A DNA stretch of 64,000 nt, taken from contig DASXQR010000083.1 in assembly GCA_036507075.1 (NCBI GenBank), positions 128,001 to 192,000 on the forward strand, read 5' to 3'. Each line of letters opens with the position of its first letter. The first letter of the stretch is position 1. This DNA is from Acidobacteriota bacterium (lineage in GTDB: Bacteria > Acidobacteriota > UBA6911 > JACQSX01). Below the pieces are notes generated by a model. The model was given only the letters and a program-made list of their open reading frames with translations. It was not told where the DNA came from and did no database searches. The position numbers and the translations under genes were made by a program. Shown here piece by piece: positions 62,667-64,000 of this stretch.

Positions 62667-63995
62667 ATGCCGAGCACACTGATTCGCAGCGGCTTGCTGA
62701 TCACCGCCGATTCACAGAATCAGATTTATCCAGGTGATTTGCTGATCAAGGATGGAATCATTGCCGCCGTCGGCGCCGTGCGCAACTCAGCCGAGCAAAC
62801 CGTGGATGCCTCCGGAATGTGGGTCCTTCCCGGTTTTGTGCAAACCCACGTTCATCTATGCCAGACTTTGTTTCGCGGCCTGGCCGACGACCTGGAGCTT
62901 CTCGATTGGCTCCAGCAGCGCATCTGGCCGCTTGAAGCGGCCCACAACGAAGACTCTCTTTACTGGTCGGCGCGCCTGGGCATTGCCGAATTGCTCAAAG
63001 GAGGGACGACCACCGCGCTCAGCATGGAAACCGTCCGCCACACCGAGCGCGTTTTTCAGGCCCTGGAAGAAAGCGGCATCCGGGCCGTGGCAGGAAAATG
63101 CATCATGGATATGGGCGACACGCCTCAACCGCTGCAGGAGAAAAGCCGGAATGCTCTGGATGAGTCCCTGCAGCTCTTCAAGAGCTGGCATGGGGCTGCA
63201 CAGGGCAGGATTCACTATGCTTTTGCGCCGCGATTCGCGCTTTCCTGCTCGCAGGAGGTGCTGCAGGAAATCGGCAGCCAGTCAGCGGAGCTCAAGTGCC
63301 TGGTGCACACGCACGCTTCGGAAAATGTCAAGGAAGTAGAGCTGGTGCGGCAAATGACCGGCTGCGCCAACGTGGAGTACTTCCACAAATTGCAGCTCAC
63401 TTCGCCGCGTCTGTTTCTGGCGCATTGCATCTGGCTGAACGACCGCGAGGTTGCTATTTTAAAGGAGAGCGGGACACGCCTGACACATTGCCCGAGCTCG
63501 AACCTCAAGCTTGCTTCAGGGATCGCCGACATCACCCGATACAAAAGAGAAAACCTGGCTTTGTCGCTGGGCGCTGACGGGGCGCCGTGCAATAACAATC
63601 TGGATATGTTTCAGGAGATGAAGCTGGCTGCGCTGCTCCAAAAAACTCTCCATGGCCCGGTTGCAATCGAGGCCAAAGACGTGTTCCGGATGGCGACAAT
63701 CGACGGAGCCCGCGCGCTCGGTATAGAACACGAAATTGGGAGCCTGGAAAAAGGCAAGCGTGCCGATCTGATGGTATTCGATCCGCGGCGCGTTTCCTGC
63801 TGGCCTTTTCATGATGTATTTTCCACGCTGGTCTACGCCGGACGGGCGGAAAATGTGCGCCATGTCTTCGTAGACGGCCGGCTTCTGGTCAGCGATGGGA
63901 AGCTGGCGCTGCAGGACGAGCAGGAGATACTGCGAAAGAGCGGGGAAGCCCTGAAGGCGCTGATGCCGAGGGCCGAGAAACTTGGATTCCGGTAG
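62667..63995 (+). CDS. MtaD/DadD-like amidohydrolase (5'-deoxyadenosine/MTA deaminase-like)
   Basis: 'PGFVQTHVHLCQ', 'HTHASE', 'AHCIW', 'HCPSSNLKLASG', 'GADGAPCNN'. Confidence 0.88.
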   Translation: MPSTLIRSGLLITADSQNQIYPGDLLIKDGIIAAVGAVRNSAEQTVDASGMWVLPGFVQTHVHLCQTLFRGLADDLELLDWLQQRIWPLEAAHNEDSLYWSARLGIAELLKGGTTTALSMETVRHTERVFQALEESGIRAVAGKCIMDMGDTPQPLQEKSRNALDESLQLFKSWHGAAQGRIHYAFAPRFALSCSQEVLQEIGSQSAELKCLVHTHASENVKEVELVRQMTGCANVEYFHKLQLTSPRLFLAHCIWLNDREVAILKESGTRLTHCPSSNLKLASGIADITRYKRENLALSLGADGAPCNNNLDMFQEMKLAALLQKTLHGPVAIEAKDVFRMATIDGARALGIEHEIGSLEKGKRADLMVFDPRRVSCWPFHDVFSTLVYAGRAENVRHVFVDGRLLVSDGKLALQDEQEILRKSGEALKALMPRAEKLGFR

Positions 63996-64000
63996 CATCT

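Overview
Core chromosomal region around the replication origin of a GC-rich bacterium, most likely Acidobacteriota (inferred from two exported VWA proteins, an Oar-type TonB-dependent receptor and a Ser/Thr kinase fused to a TolB-like propeller). Centre: rpmE-DUF1385-prfA-prmC, rpsA-ihfB-HIT, a probable bipartite oriC flanking dnaA (DnaA boxes, DnaA-trio-like tract, AT-rich stretch), then dnaA-dnaN-recF-gyrB-gyrA and rpsU. Left arm: a form II coxSLMG-type molybdoenzyme, an MFS plus Ldh-family pair, an M48 peptidase / cNMP-gated MscS / MBL hydrolase operon, rnhB, cysK, a CHASE2 adenylate cyclase coupled to a PHP phosphatase, and tyrA. Right arm: nucleoside salvage genes (pdp, punA, cdd, deoB, two MtaD-like deaminases), a TonB receptor, a HemN-like radical SAM / flavin halogenase-like / thioesterase cassette, a decayed amidohydrolase, the displaced rpmH-rnpA-yidD-yidC-jag block and mocA. 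The most unusual feature is non-coding: more than 20 intergenic palindromic elements built from 7-10 bp tandem units. They fall into several families, some nested, several sharing a TT(C/A)ACC(A/G)C terminus, and include a ~230 bp family whose arms stay symmetric within each copy but differ between copies. One IS remnant is present. No rRNA, tRNA or CRISPR array was seen. All calls are by eye from sequence motifs; no database search was run.
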